Positions 63,726 to 64,000 of a stretch of 64,000 bases of DNA are shown here, one piece after another (the first letter of the stretch is position 1; every line of letters begins with the position of its first letter). Under the pieces are notes generated by a model, which was given only the letters and a program-made list of their open reading frames with translations, made no database searches and was not told the origin of the DNA. The DNA comes from Vicugna vicugna (Eukaryota). The DNA is taken from the NCBI GenBank assembly GCA_013265495.1, contig MU058658.1, positions 433,059 to 497,058 of the forward strand. The letters are read 5' to 3'. A program made the translations under genes and the position numbers.

Positions 63726-64000
63726 AATAAGTAAGCTCTTAAGGAAGCTCAAGAACATAATGGAATCCCTAATATCAAAGGAAGAAATGCAAAAATGTCC
63801 TGTGTCCAGCCTGTGCCTTAGGGGACGCAGTCATGGGCATGGCCGAGGTGGAGGGTTTACTGTAAGGGCAAAGTCATTGTGGCTCTAGTGGGGTGTAGCC
63901 CAAGGCCAAGGTGGGCAACTGCTTCTGTCAGAAGCCTTTGGCGGGAGGGTGCAGCTCAGGTGGCAAAGCGCATGCTTAGCATGCACGAGGTCCTGGCTTC

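Overview
Mammalian genomic DNA, most likely camelid (many copies of a tRNA-derived vic-1-type SINE; inference), from the KRAB zinc-finger cluster syntenic with human 19q13.4. Genes, left to right: the 5' end of a ZNF550-like gene (- strand, runs off the left edge); an intact 12-finger KRAB-ZNF (+, 9341-16586, about 565 aa) with a variant KRAB box; an intact ZSCAN4 (+, TATA at 27104, CDS 32680-34638, 441 aa); a ZNF530-like gene (+, 41183-47562, 507 aa, 9 fingers); an intact V1R vomeronasal receptor (-, 57167-58096); and a further CpG-island promoter near 61 kb. Not visible as clean ORFs in the supplied track: two decayed V1R pseudogenes (22.8-23.5 kb and 39.4-39.8 kb), a dead KRAB-A exon, a dead zinc-finger array, and a roughly 70-bp non-coding module present once upstream of each of the three V1R loci (candidate V1R core promoter). 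ZSCAN4 has clusters of DUX-like 11-mers, nearby ERV LTRs, and a young L1 whose target-site duplication rebuilt its splice-acceptor region. The rest is L1, LTR, Tigger1 and SINE sequence. I see no prokaryote-type system, CRISPR array or RNA gene. Gene names, repeat family names and comparisons with human come from recalled sequences, not from a database search.
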